Source: Selaginella moellendorffii (lineage: Eukaryota > Plantae > Lycopodiophyta). From it: a DNA stretch of 64,000 nucleotides. The stretch spans positions 3,418,559 to 3,482,558 of the forward strand of contig NW_003314268.1 in assembly GCF_000143415.4 (NCBI RefSeq), written 5' to 3'. Below, in pieces: positions 62,875 through 64,000 of this stretch. The notes beneath the pieces were generated by a model. The model was given only the letters and a program-made list of their open reading frames with translations. It made no database searches and was not told where the DNA came from. Made by a program: the position numbers and the translations under genes. Each line of letters opens with the position of its first letter. Position 1 is the first letter of the stretch.

Positions 62875-64000
62875 ATGAATCTCTTGCTGCTCACTATAGT
62901 GCTCTCACACCAGGGAATTATGACAATAATTGGTAGCGCCGCGAAAGAATGTGCGAGCTCCTGCGGAATTCAAGATGTGCACTATCCCTTTGGATTGCAA
63001 TTTGGATGCGGAGATCCCTCTCACTTGCTCAAGTGCACTGGCAACACTCTCGTGCTAACTCTCAACAATGGCGCTGATTATCCCCTCACCATTCTCTACC
63101 CCGATAGAAAGCTCGAGATAAGGAGCCCCAGCTCCATCAGAAATCTCCTCCCGGACATCTATTTCAACAATTTCTCAGAGTCGTGCAGCCCAAACTTCGT
63201 TCCGGCTCGCCGGTGCACAACAGAGTGTCTTGGTACGTAGATTCTAGGCGTGCATTCAAGTGTGCGGAGTGTGTGAAGTCGGGAGGGACTTGCGGCTACA
63301 CGGGCTACAATTCAACTTTCTTTCTATGCATCACAGATGATGAAGGTGAATTCATCTCAATTTCATGATTCAAGTTCTATATGGTCTCTTTGTTATGTTT
63401 CTAGATGTGATTACTTCTCAGCCTCCAACGTCCCTGCCCCTGAGCCGGCATCCACAGAGAAAAATCGCTGCAATATCAGGTATTAAAACTTTTAATCCAG
63501 GTTATGTTCTAATCGGTTATGTGCAGCTTCTGCTGTATGCTCCTTGCTGATCTTCGGCTGCTGCTGTAAGTACGTCTACAGGTTCAGACTGCACAAAAAC
63601 CTACAGCAACGCTCCCATCTCGCACAAAGGCTGAACGATTTCGAGGCAAGGCACATTTACTCCTACAAGGACTTGCACGTTGCAACCCAAGGGTTCAACG
63701 AGGGGTTCAAGCTGGGAAGCGGTGGATTCGGCACGGTTTACAAGGGCATCTTGCAAGACGGCACCGTGGTTGCCATCAAACGCAGCAAAAGCTCCGCCAA
63801 CTTTGGAGTCATGGACGAGCAGTTCCTCAACGAGATCACCATTCTCTCCCAGGTGAACCATAGGAACCTGGTAAAGCTCAAAGGGTGGTGCATGGATACT
63901 CGCCGAAACGCCCCTCCACTGCTCGTGTACGAATACGTCACCAATGGAACGCTGCTGGAACACTTGCAGTGCAAGCGAGGGGTGGTTCCTCTCGGCTGGG
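62875..64000 (+). CDS. WAK/LRK10-like receptor kinase (runs off window; possible frameshift in ectodomain)
   Basis: Signal peptide, CASSCGIQDVHYPFG (GUB_WAK), CAECVKSGGTCGY, TM segment, LGSGGFGTVYKG...VAIK...QFLNEITILSQVNHRNLVKL. Confidence 0.85.

Overview
Gene-dense plant nuclear DNA with short (~50-70 bp) GT-AG introns, PLS-DYW PPR genes and many deletion-riddled gene fragments. The style suggests a lycophyte such as Selaginella (inference). Positions 1-25.4 kb are a large inverted duplication: arms 1-~5796 and ~19612-25413 each carry an SDH2 gene, a very divergent proteasome-beta-like gene and GT92 fragments. The ~14 kb spacer holds nested transposons: a 1.5-kb LTR family, 5S-rRNA-bearing Cassandra-type TRIMs, a MITE and Ty3/gypsy pol remnants. 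The rest contains a DYW-PPR gene, OEP16-4, a small conserved membrane-protein gene, TIM23, a NEK kinase, an intronless IucA/IucC (NIS) siderophore synthetase, a spliced PD-(D/E)xK nuclease-like gene, two tRNA-Ser pseudogenes, NEMP, SUD1/CER9, a Harbinger remnant and a WAK-like kinase. The most notable items are the NIS synthetase in a plant (likely horizontal transfer, possibly a one-gene rhizoferrin-type pathway), the Crinkler-REase-like nuclease gene, the Cassandra family and repeated shrunken copies of neighbouring genes. All family calls come from recalled motifs, not database searches.
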